In this document: piece after piece, positions 60,990-64,000 of the stretch
Layout: every line of letters begins with the position of its first letter
Position numbering within the stretch: the stretch's first letter is position 1
Origin: an uncultured Actinomycetota bacterium
GTDB taxonomy: Bacteria; Actinomycetota; Actinomycetes; CAVWCF01
Direction: 5' to 3'
Assembly (NCBI GenBank): GCA_963753435.1
Contig: CAVWCF010000001.1
Span: 128,001-192,000, forward strand
Length of the DNA stretch: 64,000 nucleotides
Translations under genes and position numbers: made by a program
The notes under the pieces: model-generated
Told to the model about the DNA's origin: nothing
The model's input: the letters and a program-made list of their open reading frames with translations, nothing else
Databases searched by the model: none

Positions 60990-62248
60990 CCGACTTGCTG
61001 GACGACCTGCAGTGGCGCGGGATCGTCGCGCAGACGACCGATGAAGATGCACTGCGCCGCGCCTTCGCTGACGGGCTGACCTTCTACTGCGGTTTCGACC
61101 CGACCGCGCCAAGCCTGCACATGGGCAACCTGGTGCAGCTCATCACCATGCGTCGCTTGCAGCAGGCCGGGCAGAAGCCGATCGGGCTCGTGGGCGGGGC
61201 CACCGGGTTGATCGGCGACCCCAGCGGCAAGAACGCCGAGCGCAGCTTGAACGAAGTCGATGTCGTCGAGGCATGGGTGGAGCGCATCCGCGGCCAGGTC
61301 GAGCGCTACCTGGACTTCGATGGTGCCAACGCGGCCAGGATCGTGAACAACCTGGACTGGGCCGGGCGGATGTCCGCGATCGACCTGCTGCGCGACATCG
61401 GCAAGCACTTCCCGGTGAACCGGATGCTGGACCGCGAGGCTGTTAGCGCCCGGCTGGCGGCCGGCGGCATCTCCTACACCGAGTTCAGCTACCAAGTACT
61501 GCAGGCCATGGACTACCTCGAGCTCTACCAGCGCCACGGCTGCACGCTGCAGACCGGAGGTTCGGATCAGTGGGGCAACATCACTGCCGGTGTGGACCTG
61601 GTCCGGCGGGTGACCGGTGGGCACGTGCACGCGATGAGCACGCAACTGTTGCTCAAGTCCGATGGCACGAAGTTCGGCAAGACCGCCGAAGGGGCGATCT
61701 GGCTGGATCCGGATCGCACTAGCCCGTACGCCTTCTTCCAGTTCCTGCTGAACAGTGACGACGCCGACGTGGTGCGCCTCCTGAAGGTGTTCTCGTTCCG
61801 ACCGCGCGCAGAGATCGAGGAGTTGGCGACCGCCGTCACCGAGCGGCCCGCGGCCCGGGAGGCACAACGCGCCTTGGCTGCGGAACTGACGGACCTTGTG
61901 CACGGCGCCGAAGAGCGCAAGCAGGCCGAGTCCGCGGGACGGGCGCTGTTCGGTAAGGCGGATCTCCAGGAGCTGAATGCGCAGACGCTGCAGGCCGCGC
62001 TCGATGAGGCCGGATTGGTCGAAGTCGCTGCCGGCGATTCGACAGTCACCGACCTGCTTGTCGCAACCGGCTTGTGCGCCAGCAAAAGTGCTGCCCGGCG
62101 CACGGTTTCTGAGGGTGGCGCCTACCTGAACAACGACCGTATCGAGGACCCCGAACTGGTTCCCGGTCGCGATCAGTGCCTCGCCGGGGAGTACCTGGTT
62201 CTGCGCCGCGGCAAGCGTCACGTGGCCGGTGTCCGGCTACTCGGCTGA
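60986..62248 (+). CDS. tyrS: Tyrosyl-tRNA synthetase
   Basis: YCGFDPTAPSLHMGN, GGSDQWGNI, KFGKT, C-terminal S4 domain. Confidence 0.99.
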   Translation: MTDLLDDLQWRGIVAQTTDEDALRRAFADGLTFYCGFDPTAPSLHMGNLVQLITMRRLQQAGQKPIGLVGGATGLIGDPSGKNAERSLNEVDVVEAWVERIRGQVERYLDFDGANAARIVNNLDWAGRMSAIDLLRDIGKHFPVNRMLDREAVSARLAAGGISYTEFSYQVLQAMDYLELYQRHGCTLQTGGSDQWGNITAGVDLVRRVTGGHVHAMSTQLLLKSDGTKFGKTAEGAIWLDPDRTSPYAFFQFLLNSDDADVVRLLKVFSFRPRAEIEELATAVTERPAAREAQRALAAELTDLVHGAEERKQAESAGRALFGKADLQELNAQTLQAALDEAGLVEVAAGDSTVTDLLVATGLCASKSAARRTVSEGGAYLNNDRIEDPELVPGRDQCLAGEYLVLRRGKRHVAGVRLLG

Positions 62249-62265
62249 CCCGCTGCGGACCCGAT

Positions 62266-62294
62266 TTGACCCACGGCCCAGTGCCGCGTAGGTT
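62266..62294 (+). promoter_or_regulatory. rrn promoter (upstream)
   Basis: TTGACC (62266-71), 17-nt spacer, TAGGTT (62289-94). Confidence 0.75.
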
Positions 62295-62410
62295 TCGCCT
62301 TCCGCACGGGAGGAACGAACGCGAGAAGTCGCGGGCGGTCCCGATCGGAACCCCAAACTGTCCGGCTCTTCGGAGTCGAAAGTTGGGGTGCGCGCCCCGA
62401 CTGGGCCGGT

Positions 62411-62439
62411 TTGACCGGGACAGGCAGGGTGCGTAAAGT
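62411..62439 (+). promoter_or_regulatory. rrn promoter (downstream)
   Basis: TTGACC (62411-16), 17-nt spacer, TAAAGT (62434-39). Confidence 0.8.
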
Positions 62440-62486
62440 GGAAGGGTTGCCCCGGGAACGGGCCGAGAGGCCAAGATCCGGTGCGC

Positions 62487-62535
62487 GTCCGCTCCTTGAG
62501 AACTCAACAGCGTGCCGAAAGTCAATGCCGAAAAA
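62487..62535 (+). promoter_or_regulatory. rrn leader boxA-like antitermination element and processing-stem strand
   Basis: GCTCCTTGAGAACTCAACAGCGTG...GTCAATGCC resembles the conserved actinobacterial rrn leader. Confidence 0.65.
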
Positions 62536-62716
62536 CCCCGTCCTCGGGGTAGGCGGCGGATCTTCCGATCCGTGCGCGTCCGAGACGGAATTCCTTTGGC
62601 ATGATGACGAGCGACCTTCGGGTCGCAACGAGCATCAATGCCAGGTTCAGAATGCCCTTCGGGGCACTCCAAAAAAGGTTTGGCGTGCAGCCTTCGGGCT
62701 GGGCGTCGTATAGACC

Positions 62717-64000
<1,284 letters not shown>

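Overview
High-GC actinobacterial (Actinomycetes) chromosome segment, almost entirely core housekeeping genes on the + strand. In order: end of the trpE-region membrane genes, an inserted OmpR/BaeS-type two-component pair, DUF2752 with a convergent Pro-rich CD225/DUF4190-like gene, trpCBA-SCO-MauE/DoxX-dsbA(frameshifted)-lgt-VIT1, gltBD, pyk, a small accessory block (DUF222-HNH, DUF1697, USP), bldD divergent from the pyr operon (pyrR-B-C-carAB-pyrK-D-F), mihF-gmk-rpoZ-coaBC-metK-priA-def-fmt-rsmB-rpe-ribD-ribE-ribBA-ribH-hisE-hisG, SseB-like, aquaporin, infC-rpmI-rplT-trmH-like-pheST, argCJBD-R-GH (no argF), an orphan Rv0909-like small gene, mpg-tyrS, and the start of an rRNA operon (two promoters, leader, partial 16S). 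I found no CRISPR array, tRNA, transposase or prophage, and I cannot support a large novel system. The best second-look items are small: (1) an exact PafBC/RecA-NDp promoter motif driving a leaderless DUF222-HNH gene; (2) a probable CTG start codon for gmk overlapping the mihF stop; (3) BldD with an intact c-di-GMP motif and a perfect BldD box; (4) a two-component system + DUF2752 + polyproline dispanin-like module; (5) a SCO-MauE-DsbA-Lgt redox cluster with a +1 frameshift; (6) a cryptic leaderless ORF upstream of the orphan antitoxin-like gene. All family calls come from motif recognition by eye; no searches were run.
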